Source of the DNA: an uncultured Chloroflexia bacterium
GTDB lineage: Bacteria > Chloroflexota > Limnocylindria > QHBO01
Direction: 5' to 3'
Assembly (NCBI GenBank): GCA_963827475.1
Contig: CAWHAZ010000002.1
Location: 64,001-128,000, forward strand
DNA: 64,000 nt
A program made the translations under genes and the position numbers. Below are positions 31,465 to 41,297 of this stretch, in pieces. Numbering within the stretch: position 1 is the first letter of the stretch; the number at the start of each line of letters is the position of its first letter. A model generated the notes under the pieces. It had not been told where the DNA came from. It saw only the letters and a list, made by a program, of their open reading frames with translations, and did no database searches.

Positions 31465-32736
31465 CTACTCGGGGGACCCCAGGACGAGGGCGGCGTTCAG
31501 GCCGCCGAACCCGAACGAGGTCGAGAGCACCCGGCGATAGGTCCCGGCCCGGCCACCGTGGTCGCGGATGAGCCCCGGCAGCAGCTGACCGATCTCCTCG
31601 TCCGGCTCGACGAGGTTGACCGAGGGCGGCGCCCAGCCGTCGCGGATGGTCAGGGCCGACAGCGCGGCCTCGATCGCGCCCGTCGCGCCGAGCGGATGAC
31701 CGGTCATGGCCTTGGTGCCCGACACCGGGACGTCCGCCGCGTGGCCGTCGAGCCCCAGCTCCAGCGCGCGGGCTTCGGCCACGTCGCCAAGCGGCGTGGA
31801 GCTGGCATGGGCGTTCACGTAATCGATCGAGGCTGCGTCCACACCTGCGTCGGCGAGTGCGATGCGAACCGACCTGCCCGCCTCCGAGCCATCGGGGCGC
31901 GGCTGGACCATGTGGTGCGCGTCGGAGGTCGCACCGTAGCCGAGCAGCTCGGCGTAAGGCGTGGCGCCCCGTCGGCGGGCGGACTCGGCTTCCTCGAGCA
32001 CCAGCAGCGCCGCGCCTTCGCCGAGGACGAATCCACTGCGAGCGGCGTCGAACGGTCGACACGCCTGGTCGGGCGCGTCGTTGTGCGCATTGGCCAGGGC
32101 GCGGATGATGTCGAACGCCCCGAACGCGAGGGGCGACAACGGGCATTCCACGCCCCCGGCAATCGCCGCGTCGACTTCTCCGCTGCGGATCGCCCCCAGC
32201 GCCTCGCCGAGAGCCACCGACCCCGACGCGCACGAGTTGGCGGTCGAAAGAATCGGTCCGCGAACTCCCAGCCCGATGCCGAGATTGGCGGGCGCCGCCC
32301 CGCCGAAGACGGCCAGAGCCAGGGTGGGGGCCACCCCCTTGATGCCCCGCTCCATGAATCGTTCGTGCTGCTCCTCGGCAAATGCAACGCCGCCCAGCGC
32401 GCTGCCCAGGAAGATGCCAACCCGTTCGGGCGCCGGGTGATTCGGGGATCCGGGCTGGAGGTCAGCATCGTCCATCGCCAGGCGACCAGCGACCACGCCG
32501 AACTGGCTGAATCGGTCCAGCGCGCGCACGGAGCGCGCGTCGAGGTGCGCCGCGGGGTCGAAGTCGTCGACCTGGGCCGCCACCCGGGACCGGAATGTGC
32601 TGGCGTCGAATCGGTCAACGTCGCGGATCGGGGAGACCGCCGCGCGCAGGCCCGCCCTGAAGCCATCCACCCCGGTGCCGGCCGAGGTGATCAGCCCCAT
32701 GCCGGTGATCCAGGTGCGGCGTCGGCCCTCGCTCAC
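31465..32736 (-). CDS. fabF: Beta-ketoacyl synthase (FabF / type II KS-like)
   Basis: Intact Cys-His-His: NSCASG, NAHASST, TGHPLGA; SFGFGG; GTG overlaps the upstream TGA. Confidence 0.85.
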   Translation of the reverse strand: MSEGRRRTWITGMGLITSAGTGVDGFRAGLRAAVSPIRDVDRFDASTFRSRVAAQVDDFDPAAHLDARSVRALDRFSQFGVVAGRLAMDDADLQPGSPNHPAPERVGIFLGSALGGVAFAEEQHERFMERGIKGVAPTLALAVFGGAAPANLGIGLGVRGPILSTANSCASGSVALGEALGAIRSGEVDAAIAGGVECPLSPLAFGAFDIIRALANAHNDAPDQACRPFDAARSGFVLGEGAALLVLEEAESARRRGATPYAELLGYGATSDAHHMVQPRPDGSEAGRSVRIALADAGVDAASIDYVNAHASSTPLGDVAEARALELGLDGHAADVPVSGTKAMTGHPLGATGAIEAALSALTIRDGWAPPSVNLVEPDEEIGQLLPGLIRDHGGRAGTYRRVLSTSFGFGGLNAALVLGSPE

Positions 32737-33215
32737 GGGTCGGACGACCGAGCAGCCGCCGACCCATCGGCCAGTGTCTCGGCCAGCGACTTGAACGTTC
32801 GCAGCGTGCGGGTCGCGATCGGCCGGGTGAACGCGCGGTCGACGAATGTCGACCACACCGCGACTCGCGGTCGGAAGTCGTGCTCGATGGTCACCCGGCA
32901 CCCGTCTCCGGAGGGCTCGATCCGCCACGTCACCTCCATGCCGGCGGTGGCGCCACCGAGGTGCCGGAAACGGAGCCGCAGGTCATCCGGTTCGGCCCAC
33001 GTCCGGGAGCGCCAGGCGACGGGGATGCCGAAGCCCAGCACCGGCACCACGGCGCGAAGCGCGACGAACTCGCAGGTGACCGATGCGCCCTCGCGGGCGA
33101 CGGGACGGGCACGCCAGTAATGGGGCAGGAGCGAAGGCCAGCGGACAGGATCACGGGCGAGCTGGAAGACGAGCTCCGGCGGAGCAGCGACTTCGATGCC
33201 GATCGACGTCCGCAC
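32733..33215 (-). CDS. SRPBCC / polyketide cyclase-like protein
   Basis: IEVAAPPELVFQLARD..RWPSLLPHY; GMEVTWRIE. Confidence 0.85.
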   Translation of the reverse strand: MRTSIGIEVAAPPELVFQLARDPVRWPSLLPHYWRARPVAREGASVTCEFVALRAVVPVLGFGIPVAWRSRTWAEPDDLRLRFRHLGGATAGMEVTWRIEPSGDGCRVTIEHDFRPRVAVWSTFVDRAFTRPIATRTLRTFKSLAETLADGSAAARSSDP

Positions 33216-33218
33216 CGA

Positions 33219-34428
33219 TCAGCGGAGCAGAGCGGCGAGGAACGCCGGCTCGAGAGCCCGCGTCGCCGGGACGAGGTCGCCCATCACGAGGCCCATCGTC
33301 TCACGGAGGTCCGCTCGCTGCGCCAGGCGGCGGGCGACGTGCCGGAACAGCACGGGGCGCGCCGCGAACCCCTGGACGAGGAGGGTGACGACGTCCTTCG
33401 CGCGAAAGCGTCGTGACATGGCCGCGTCGTAGTCGTCGAGGGCCCCGGGCCTCCCGTCGAGATGAGCGTCGACCGCGGCCGCCGCCAGGGCAGCCGAGAC
33501 GAGAGCCCGGTGGAGTCCCTCCCCGGTCAACGGGTCGAGGAAGCCGGCCGCGTCGCCGACCAGCAGCCAGCCGGCTCCGGAGCGGCGCGCGACCCGGTGA
33601 CCGAGCGGCGCCGCGCCCTCGATCGGGTCGCAGCGCTCGGCTTCGGCCCACGCGACCTCGTCTCCAGGGGCCGCGGGAATGGCGGCCAGCACATCGGTGG
33701 TGACCCGGGCCGCCCCGTCCGTTGCCAGTCGCCGCTGCCACGCCTCGCCGCCGAGGACGATCCCGACGTTCACCCGTCCTCCCGGTACCGGGGCCAGCCC
33801 GCAGTAGGCGTGATCGGCGAGGACCATTCGCGCGTCGCGGAGGGCGGGTGGCCTCGGATCGGTTACGTGGAAGGTCAGGCCGATGCGCCGCCCGAGGCGC
33901 GCCGGGCGGACGACGCCCGCCAGCCGTGCCACCGTCGATCGGACGCCGTCCGCGCCGACCACGATCCGCGCCTCGAGCTCGTCCCGCCCGTTCCCGTCGC
34001 GAACGACGAGCCGCTGACGATCGCCGGCAAGCGTCGCACCGGTGACCGAGACCCCGGAGCGGACCTCGACACCGGCAACGCGGGCCATGTCCAGCAGTGC
34101 CACGTCGAGCGCCTCGCGATCGAATCCGACCGCGGATCGGCCCAGGCTCCCGTCCCCGCCATAGGTCAGCCGAAACGCGGTGCCGTCATCGGCCTCCACC
34201 CGCATCGCGGTCACGGGCAACGCCGCGGCCCGGATCACTTGCTTCGGCGAGGCCGGCCGAACGGAGCGCGGTGACGGCCGCCGGGGAGCTGAACACGCCA
34301 CACGCCCGCCATCGCCAGGCCGGAGATCGCTCCACGAGCACCACCCGCCGGCCGCGGCGGGCAAGCAGGGTCGCCACCGTCGCCCCACCCGGTCCCCCGC
34401 CGACGACGACGACGTCGGCATCGGTCAT
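33219..34428 (-). CDS. FAD-dependent oxidoreductase (geranylgeranyl reductase / FixC-like), frameshift near 34240
   Basis: DVVVVGGGPGG, ACG, VGADG and LVGDAAGFLDPLTGEG. Confidence 0.85.
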
Positions 34429-35126
34429 CGTCGAACGGCGGCGATCGCCCAGCGGTGGCCGAGCAGCTCGGCCGAGTAGACCGGCCGGAGCCCGGCCGCG
34501 ACGAGCAGGCCAACCGCCTCGTCGAGGGTGTACGACCGGCGGGCCGAGAGCGGCGCGTCGTGATGGGTGTAGCGGTTTCGGCTGCACGCCCGCGCCAGGA
34601 GCCAGGCCCCGAGGATGGTGAATCGGTGCCGGGCAAGGTCGTTCACCACCACGCCCTCCTTCGCCACCCGTGCGAGCTCGCGGAGGAATCGGACGGCATC
34701 GGCCGGCTCGAGGTGATGGAGGACGAGGCTCGAGTGGGCAATGTCGAAGGCGCCGCCGGGATACGGGAGCGCATGACCGTCGGCGACCTCCAGGCGGAGT
34801 CCCTCCACCTCGTCCAGGCCGGGTCGGGCGGCCCGGGCAGCGTCGAGGACCTCCGGCCGACTGTCGACCGCCGTGACCGTGATGGACCGTGATTGGAGCC
34901 TCCGGTCGGCGAGCAGCGCGAGCGGGATGTCCGCCCCTCCGGTGCCGACGTCGAGAACCGAAAACGGCTGGTTCGGCGGCGCAAGCGCCTCGATTGCGCG
35001 GATGGACAGGGCCGTGCCGCCGGTGAATCGGTTCGCCCGCCCCATGTCTCGCAGGTTGTCCCGCAGCGTGTCCGGGTCGTCCAGGTGACCGTCGAGCAAC
35101 TCCGGGGCGTCCGCGGCGCGCCTCAC
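34425..35126 (-). CDS. SAM-dependent methyltransferase
   Basis: ELLD..NLRDMGRANRFTGG, LDVGTGGAD, SLVLHHL and HDAPLSARRSYT. Confidence 0.85.
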   Translation of the reverse strand: MRRAADAPELLDGHLDDPDTLRDNLRDMGRANRFTGGTALSIRAIEALAPPNQPFSVLDVGTGGADIPLALLADRRLQSRSITVTAVDSRPEVLDAARAARPGLDEVEGLRLEVADGHALPYPGGAFDIAHSSLVLHHLEPADAVRFLRELARVAKEGVVVNDLARHRFTILGAWLLARACSRNRYTHHDAPLSARRSYTLDEAVGLLVAAGLRPVYSAELLGHRWAIAAVRR

Positions 35127-36400
35127 GGCTGTGGCTCCAGGACCGGGCTCTGGCCAGCGGCGGCCCGCGCCCGCTCCGCGCGCAGCGCCGGGAGGTACAG
35201 CGGGGCGGCGATGGCGCAGGCGATTCCCCCGACCACCATGGCCGTGGACAGGGAGGTCCCGGCGGCAATCGTGGTCAGGACGATCGCGCCGACGGAGGCC
35301 GCGGGGTGGAAGGCCATCGAGTTCAGGGACAGCACCGTCGTCCGATGAGCCGCGTCCACCTCCCGGTGGAGGAGAGTCGAGTGCATGGGACCCGACGCGC
35401 CGTGGGTGGCGTAGCACGCGAGATAGGCCGTGATCAGGCCCACCGGGCCGGCGAACAAACCCATGGCCACGATGGTGAGGCCCTGGAGGATTCGCATCGC
35501 GATGGCGGCCCGTGCGACGCCGGTCCGTCGGCTCACGACCCCGATCAATGCCGCGCCGGCCGCGGCCGCGAACCACGCCCCGGAACTGGCCGGGCCCATG
35601 AGGGCGGCGGCCTCGGTCTCGCTCCCCAGCACCTCGCCGAGACGGATGGGGAACAGGGTTTCGAACGCGATGATCGCAAATCCCCAGAACAGCTCGACCG
35701 CGATCACGGCGGCCAGCACACGCGAACCGCGGAGGAGGGACAACCCCTCTCGAACCGTCCGCGGAACGGCTCGAACCGAGGTGACGACCCCGCGGATGCC
35801 GGATCCGTGCCGCGTCTCGGAAAGAAGCGCTGCTGCCGCGCCGAAGTTCAGGAGAGCGATTACCAGCGCCAGGAGAACGGGCAGCGCGAGCGTCTCGACC
35901 GCTGGGAGCGGATCGAGTGCCACCAGCGCGCCGGATAGCAGGGCACCGGCCGCGATCCCCAGGCTGAGGACCGTGGTGCCCGCGGCCAGGCCTGACTCGA
36001 TCCGCGCCTCCGGGTCCGCCGCGTGCGTGGCATCTACGTACCACGCTTCCAGCGGCCCGCTGTCGAGCGCGCGGAAGGTGGCGGTCAGCACGGTCGCCGC
36101 GACGAACCCTCCGACCGAGTCGGCGATGTAGAGCATCGCCAGGCCCGCGATCGCAAAGGCATAGGCCAGGACCTGGGTCGGACGCCGGCCGAGCGAGTCG
36201 GAGAGCCCGCCGGTGGGCAGCTCCAGGAACAGCACGATCAGTCCCTGGACCGAGCCGACGAGGCCGATCTCGACCAGGGACATCCCGCGCGAGACCATGA
36301 GCAGGACGATGATCGGGATGAGCAGGCCGGACTGGAACCAGCGCAGACCGATGAGGAACAGGTAGCGACGCCGGACCGTCCGCGCGTCTAGTGGGCTCAC
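35123..36400 (-). CDS. MFS transporter
   Basis: ELPTGGLSDSLGRR (motif A); about 12 TM helices. Confidence 0.9.
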   Translation of the reverse strand: MSPLDARTVRRRYLFLIGLRWFQSGLLIPIIVLLMVSRGMSLVEIGLVGSVQGLIVLFLELPTGGLSDSLGRRPTQVLAYAFAIAGLAMLYIADSVGGFVAATVLTATFRALDSGPLEAWYVDATHAADPEARIESGLAAGTTVLSLGIAAGALLSGALVALDPLPAVETLALPVLLALVIALLNFGAAAALLSETRHGSGIRGVVTSVRAVPRTVREGLSLLRGSRVLAAVIAVELFWGFAIIAFETLFPIRLGEVLGSETEAAALMGPASSGAWFAAAAGAALIGVVSRRTGVARAAIAMRILQGLTIVAMGLFAGPVGLITAYLACYATHGASGPMHSTLLHREVDAAHRTTVLSLNSMAFHPAASVGAIVLTTIAAGTSLSTAMVVGGIACAIAAPLYLPALRAERARAAAGQSPVLEPQP

Positions 36401-37509
36401 GGGCTCATCGTACGGATCGTCAACCTGAGCGTCCGCCCGAGTGTCGCGGCGACGCGGTCCACCTCGTCTCCCAGCCGCCGTCGCGGAACCGGGCCGATCT
36501 CGCCAAACCAGTCGACAACCACCTGGTCATCGGTAACCGCCCACGTGCCGGAGATGACGCCCCCCACCACGACGATTGGCGCGATCCATCCCGCCTGGCG
36601 GCTCACCTGCTTCCGTCGAGCCGGCGGCAGGACATGACGGTCGAGCGTCCCGGGGCCAAGGACCCACTGGTCGAATCCGGGCAACAGCCGAACGGCGGTG
36701 GTGGCTGGCGTGGAAGCCAGCTCATCGAGATCGTCGCGCAGAAGGTGCGCGGGCTCGCCATCGATCTCGACCGCGACGAGACGATCCCCGAGGGCGGCGT
36801 GCCAGCGCATCACCGCGCGTTTGGCTGCACCGGACCAGCGATAGACATTGTCGACAGTCGCCGGCCCGTAGGCACGGTAATAGGTCTCGAGGACCCTGAT
36901 CGCCGCTTCGGACGGTTCGTGCAGGCCAGCCCACCGCGGGTTGCGATCCAGGAGCTGCATCGTGGCGCGCCCGTCGCGCGGCGGTCCGATGCTCAGGTCC
37001 CCCTGGAACGCCAGCGGTTTGAGGATCGTTCCCCAGCTGGAATCGAAATGCTCGCGCAGATGCCCGAGCTCGGGGCCGACCGCCACCGCCGCCCCCAGCT
37101 CCTGGCGGGTGAGCGGGCCATCGGCGAGAGCATCGCGCGCCGCGGCGCGAAGGACGTCCCACCGACGGGGCGACATGCCGAAGTACCGATCCCAACTGGG
37201 CTTCTCCCACCCGCGACCGGCCGCCAGCAGGGAGAGGATGTCCCCGCCCTCCTCGGGCGTCAGAAGGTGCAGCGCGCTCCGCATCGCCCAGGTCTTGATC
37301 AGACGTCCCGACTCCAGGGCCCGATCCACCTCTCCGGGGGCGGAGCGCTGTCTTCGCAGGCGGATCGCCAAGTCGGCTGACGAGGCGACCTGGGACTGGA
37401 CCCCACCCAGCCGCCGCACCACCTCGGGGACCGATGCCGTCCCAACCGGGTCCAGCAGGTGGCGCCGCAGCCGCCACGCCAGGGCCTGGGACCAGCGGAC
37501 CGACTTCAC
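36397..37509 (-). CDS. AlkZ-like (HTH_42) DNA glycosylase, QSQ motif
   Basis: GVQSQ, KTWAMRSALHLL, YRAYGPAT and RLLPGFDQW. Confidence 0.85.
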   Translation of the reverse strand: MKSVRWSQALAWRLRRHLLDPVGTASVPEVVRRLGGVQSQVASSADLAIRLRRQRSAPGEVDRALESGRLIKTWAMRSALHLLTPEEGGDILSLLAAGRGWEKPSWDRYFGMSPRRWDVLRAAARDALADGPLTRQELGAAVAVGPELGHLREHFDSSWGTILKPLAFQGDLSIGPPRDGRATMQLLDRNPRWAGLHEPSEAAIRVLETYYRAYGPATVDNVYRWSGAAKRAVMRWHAALGDRLVAVEIDGEPAHLLRDDLDELASTPATTAVRLLPGFDQWVLGPGTLDRHVLPPARRKQVSRQAGWIAPIVVVGGVISGTWAVTDDQVVVDWFGEIGPVPRRRLGDEVDRVAATLGRTLRLTIRTMSP

Positions 37510-38603
37510 CGGGGGATGGCGATCGTCAGGCCAAGTGGCCGGCGCAGGATGGTGGCAAGCCGCGCCACTTCCTCGGCCAGCACGCCGCGCGGCAGCGGCT
37601 CCGCCTCGGCGAAGGGGACGACCACGACCCGGTCCTCTTTCACCGCCCACGTGCCGGAGACGACGCCGCCCATGATGACGAATGGGGTCCGTCGGCTGAT
37701 CAGCGACCGCCTGGTGGGAGGAACGATGTGGCTCTCGGCCGTCCCCGGGCCCATGACCCATTGGTCGTTTCCGGGCAGGAGCCGGACCGCGGGTGTCGCG
37801 GACGTCGAGGCCAGGTCGTCGAGATCTTCACGAAGAACGGATCTGCGCTCTCCGTCGATCTGGACCGTCACCACGCGTGTGCCGAGGCTGGCCAGCCAGG
37901 CCTGCACCTTCCTCTGTCCGGCGCCAGTCCAGTAGCGGACCTGCTCGATGGTCGCCGGTCCATACGCGCGAAGGTGAGCCTCGACCACCCGCGGTCCCGC
38001 TTCTTCGGGCTCGGGCACCCCCGCCCAGCGCGGGTTGCCACTCAGCAGCTGGAAGGTGTGGCGCCCCTCTCGCGGCGGTCCGAAGCTCATCACGCCCTGC
38101 CAGAAGAGGGGCTTCAGGATGGTGCTCGAGTGCTCGGCGAAGGCAAACCCCAGGTGCGCGAACTTCGGCCGTGCGATGACCCTGGCGCCGAGCTCCGACG
38201 CGGAAAGCGGGCCTTCCGCGAGCGCCTCTCCGACTGCCGCCCGGAACGGCTCCCAGTCCTCCGGCGTCAGTCCGTAGAAGCTCTGCCAGCTGGGCAGCTC
38301 CCACTGCCGATTCGCGGCCATCAGACCCAGGTAGGCGCCGCCGTCCTCCGGGGTCAGCAGGTGCATCGAGCCCCGCATGATCCACGCCTTGATCAGGCGC
38401 CCCTCGGCCAGCGCCTGGGTGACCTCGTCCGGCTCGGACCGCTGTCGGCGGAGGCGAATGGCCAGTTCCGCCGAAGCGGCGACCGGCGCCTGGACCGCGC
38501 CCAGGCGGCGGACAACGTCCTCGACGGATTCGGTGCCGATCGGGTCGAGCAGATGCCGCCGCAGGCGCCAGGCGAGGACCTGCGGCCAGCTGATCGATGC
38601 CAC
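37506..38603 (-). CDS. AlkZ-like (HTH_42) DNA glycosylase paralogue, variant QAP motif
   Basis: AVQAP, KAWIMRGSMHLL, LRAYGPAT and RLLPGNDQW; collinear with the downstream copy. Confidence 0.85.
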   Translation of the reverse strand: MASISWPQVLAWRLRRHLLDPIGTESVEDVVRRLGAVQAPVAASAELAIRLRRQRSEPDEVTQALAEGRLIKAWIMRGSMHLLTPEDGGAYLGLMAANRQWELPSWQSFYGLTPEDWEPFRAAVGEALAEGPLSASELGARVIARPKFAHLGFAFAEHSSTILKPLFWQGVMSFGPPREGRHTFQLLSGNPRWAGVPEPEEAGPRVVEAHLRAYGPATIEQVRYWTGAGQRKVQAWLASLGTRVVTVQIDGERRSVLREDLDDLASTSATPAVRLLPGNDQWVMGPGTAESHIVPPTRRSLISRRTPFVIMGGVVSGTWAVKEDRVVVVPFAEAEPLPRGVLAEEVARLATILRRPLGLTIAIPR

Positions 38604-38633
38604 CAGGGCTCTGGCTTTCGCTCCGGACAGCGC

Positions 38634-39060
38634 CTAGTAGGTGATCGACTGGCCGTCGGTGGCAGCCGAGGCACGGATCACCTCGTCGATGACGTCGAGA
38701 TCGACGTCGGACACCCGCTTGAAGCGGATGCAGCCTCGGCCGAGGTTCGCTCTTCGGGAGCCGGGCGGCGAACGGCTCCAGGCCGATAGGGCCCGCGTAG
38801 AACGAGATGTACTGCTTGTTCGAGGCGAGAGCAATGCACATCCACTCGCCGGTCCGGCCGGACTTGCCCCGATAGGAGTACTCGCCATAGCTCAGGAATC
38901 CCCGCTCGACGTATCGGCGCAATCCGGGGGCCACCTTCCGGATCCTGGCGTCCAGCTCTTCGAGCTGCGGGCGGCGCACGTCATCCAGCGCAGCCAGCCA
39001 GGCGTCGGGGTCCGTCGGGCCAGTCGGCTTCTGGCCGTACATGCCCTTCTGTTCCGCCAT
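38634..39060 (-). CDS. DUF1801/YdhG-like protein, frameshift near 38755
   Basis: LSYGEYSY...ALASNKQYISFY; then NLGRGCIRFKR in another frame. Confidence 0.75.
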
Positions 39061-39062
39061 GG

Positions 39063-39929
39063 TCAGCGGCGGCCGGCTCCGACGAGGTCGGCCTGGGTGG
39101 CCATCATCGAATGCCGACGCTCCTCGAGCCAGCCGAGGATCGAGCCCGCGACCGCCGGCCAGGTCTCCGAGCCCATGACCAGACCGAAGTGGCTGGCGCC
39201 CGGGATGTACTCGTAGGTCGCCCCGAGCAGGTCGGCGGTGCGCCGCGCTTCGGATGGATGGATGACGTCGTCCAGCCCCGCCCCGATGACGAGGGTTGGC
39301 ACCTGGATCCGCCCTGGATCGATCTCCACGCCCAGCATCCGTTCCTGGCGCGCCCGTCCCGACTCGCGAGCTCCGACCAGCAGCTCCTGCATCTTCGACA
39401 GCTCCTCGACCGACATGTCGGGCATCCACGCCTGGAGCTCGTCCTGTGGAGCGCGCCAGCCCCACCACTCGGCGTCGTACACCGGTGGAACCGAGTTCAG
39501 CTCGTGGTCGGCGGGACGCCGGGGAAGCGCCGCGGCCGGCGGGGAGGGCGCCAGCAGGACGAGGCCGAGCACCGGCCGTGTCTGCGCGTAGAGGAGCGCG
39601 GCGAGCGCCCCCATTCCCCAGCCGATGACCACCGGCGGGCGGCCGAGCTGGCGGGCCGCGATCCCGATGTCATCGGCGTAGTCGCGCATCCGCACCTCGG
39701 ACAGGTCGGCCAGGTCGGAGGTGAAGTGGCCGCGCAGGTTGAGCGCGTGGGCCTCCCAGCCACGCTCCGCGAAGTAGGCCGCGAAGCTCGACCACAGCCA
39801 CGACCCGGTCAGGACGCCGTGGACCAGAAGCAGTGGGGGCTTGCGGCTGCGCCGCTCCGGCTGATGGGTCTCGACGTGGATGCCCTCGGGCTCGATGAAG
39901 ACCTCGTCACGCTTGATGGCCTGGACCAC
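39063..39929 (-). CDS. Alpha/beta hydrolase-fold protein lacking the nucleophile
   Basis: LLVHG, NLRGH, elbow GWGMG, DDVI and ASHF. Confidence 0.8.
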   Translation of the reverse strand: MVQAIKRDEVFIEPEGIHVETHQPERRSRKPPLLLVHGVLTGSWLWSSFAAYFAERGWEAHALNLRGHFTSDLADLSEVRMRDYADDIGIAARQLGRPPVVIGWGMGALAALLYAQTRPVLGLVLLAPSPPAAALPRRPADHELNSVPPVYDAEWWGWRAPQDELQAWMPDMSVEELSKMQELLVGARESGRARQERMLGVEIDPGRIQVPTLVIGAGLDDVIHPSEARRTADLLGATYEYIPGASHFGLVMGSETWPAVAGSILGWLEERRHSMMATQADLVGAGRR

Positions 39930-39935
39930 GGACGT

Positions 39936-41288
39936 TCAACCCTCCAGCGGATAGAAGACCAAGCCGGTCAGCAGCTTGGGATAGAAGTACGTTGATTTCT
40001 GCGGCATGACGTCCCCGGCAGCCGCCACCGCGGTCAGCTGTTCCAGCCGGGTGGGACGGACCAGGATCGCCGCCGCCGCCTCGCCACGGGCCACGCGACC
40101 GCGGGCATCGGCCTCGCTCCTAGTGTAGAGGAGCGTCTCCCCGGCGGCCACGTCGTCGGCGGAGATGCCCAGCCGGTCGCCGAGCAGCGCGGCGTGGAGC
40201 AGCGCCAGGTCCAGGCGCCGGGCCGGCGGGGAGCCGGGTTCGCCCCGCATGCGGTCGGCGGCGACGTCCGCGTCGCCGATGAGCAGCCACCCCTCCCCGT
40301 CGAGCAGCAGCCCGAACACCGCCTCGTCGGCGTCGCGCAGGTCCGCAAGTCGCTCCCCCAGCGCCTCGGGCGCCACCGGCACGGCCTGGAACAGCGGATC
40401 CGGCCCGCGGAGGACCGCGCGCAACCGTTCGGCGTCGACGGTGCGGAGCAACCGATGGGTGGGCCGGATCTCCATCGACTCGCGCGCGGCGTTGACCAGG
40501 ACCGCCATCACCCAGTCGGCCGCCAGGGCGCCTGGCTCGGCCGCAGCCGTGATCGGCTTCGACCGCACCTCCGCCTGGTACGCCAGCGCGGTCTCGTACC
40601 GATGGTGACCGTCGGCGATGACCAGCCGGCGCCGGGACAGGTACGCGGCAAGGCCACCGTCATCCGCAATGACCCCCGCGCGATGGAGCAGCCCGTCGCC
40701 GTCGCGGGCCCGCCACTCCTCGTACACAGGTCGCTCGATCAGGCTCTCGTACCGATCGGCGGGGTCGCTGTACATGATCATGATCGGGCTCAGTTGGGCC
40801 TGGGTCGCCCGCAGCAGACCGAGACGATCGGCCTTCGGGCCGGGCATCGTGTGCTCGTGGGGACGAATGGTCGGGCCCCACGGCTCGAGCCGAACGCGGG
40901 CCAGGACGCCGCGCACCTCCGATCGGTGCGGATCATCGGCCGCGCTGTCGGCCGAGGTGTATCGGTAGGAGTACAGCGCGGCCTTCGAGCGCAGGCCGAG
41001 GGTCCCGTCGTCGCGCCACGCGGCGAGCGCCTCGGCGGCGGCCCGGTGAGGGGCGGCCTCCGCACTCAGCTCCAGGCGGACCGCGTTGCGCGGGTGACGG
41101 GACAGCAGGCTGGTCCGCTGCGAGTCGCTGATCACGTCATATGGCGGGCTGACCAGATCGGTCAGGTCGGCGACGCGACCGGGGTGCGCGGCTGCCTCGC
41201 CCGGGCGGCGAACTCGCGCCGGGATCTCGGTGCCGCCGAATCGGTCGAGGGCGTAGCCGAGCCCGCGGAGCGGGCGCACCAGGGGCAT
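39936..41288 (-). CDS. DUF1015 family protein
   Basis: PPYDVIS, PHEHT, IADGHHRYETA and MPQKSTYFYPK. Confidence 0.9.
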   Translation of the reverse strand: MPLVRPLRGLGYALDRFGGTEIPARVRRPGEAAAHPGRVADLTDLVSPPYDVISDSQRTSLLSRHPRNAVRLELSAEAAPHRAAAEALAAWRDDGTLGLRSKAALYSYRYTSADSAADDPHRSEVRGVLARVRLEPWGPTIRPHEHTMPGPKADRLGLLRATQAQLSPIMIMYSDPADRYESLIERPVYEEWRARDGDGLLHRAGVIADDGGLAAYLSRRRLVIADGHHRYETALAYQAEVRSKPITAAAEPGALAADWVMAVLVNAARESMEIRPTHRLLRTVDAERLRAVLRGPDPLFQAVPVAPEALGERLADLRDADEAVFGLLLDGEGWLLIGDADVAADRMRGEPGSPPARRLDLALLHAALLGDRLGISADDVAAGETLLYTRSEADARGRVARGEAAAAILVRPTRLEQLTAVAAAGDVMPQKSTYFYPKLLTGLVFYPLEG

Positions 41289-41297
41289 GGACGAATC

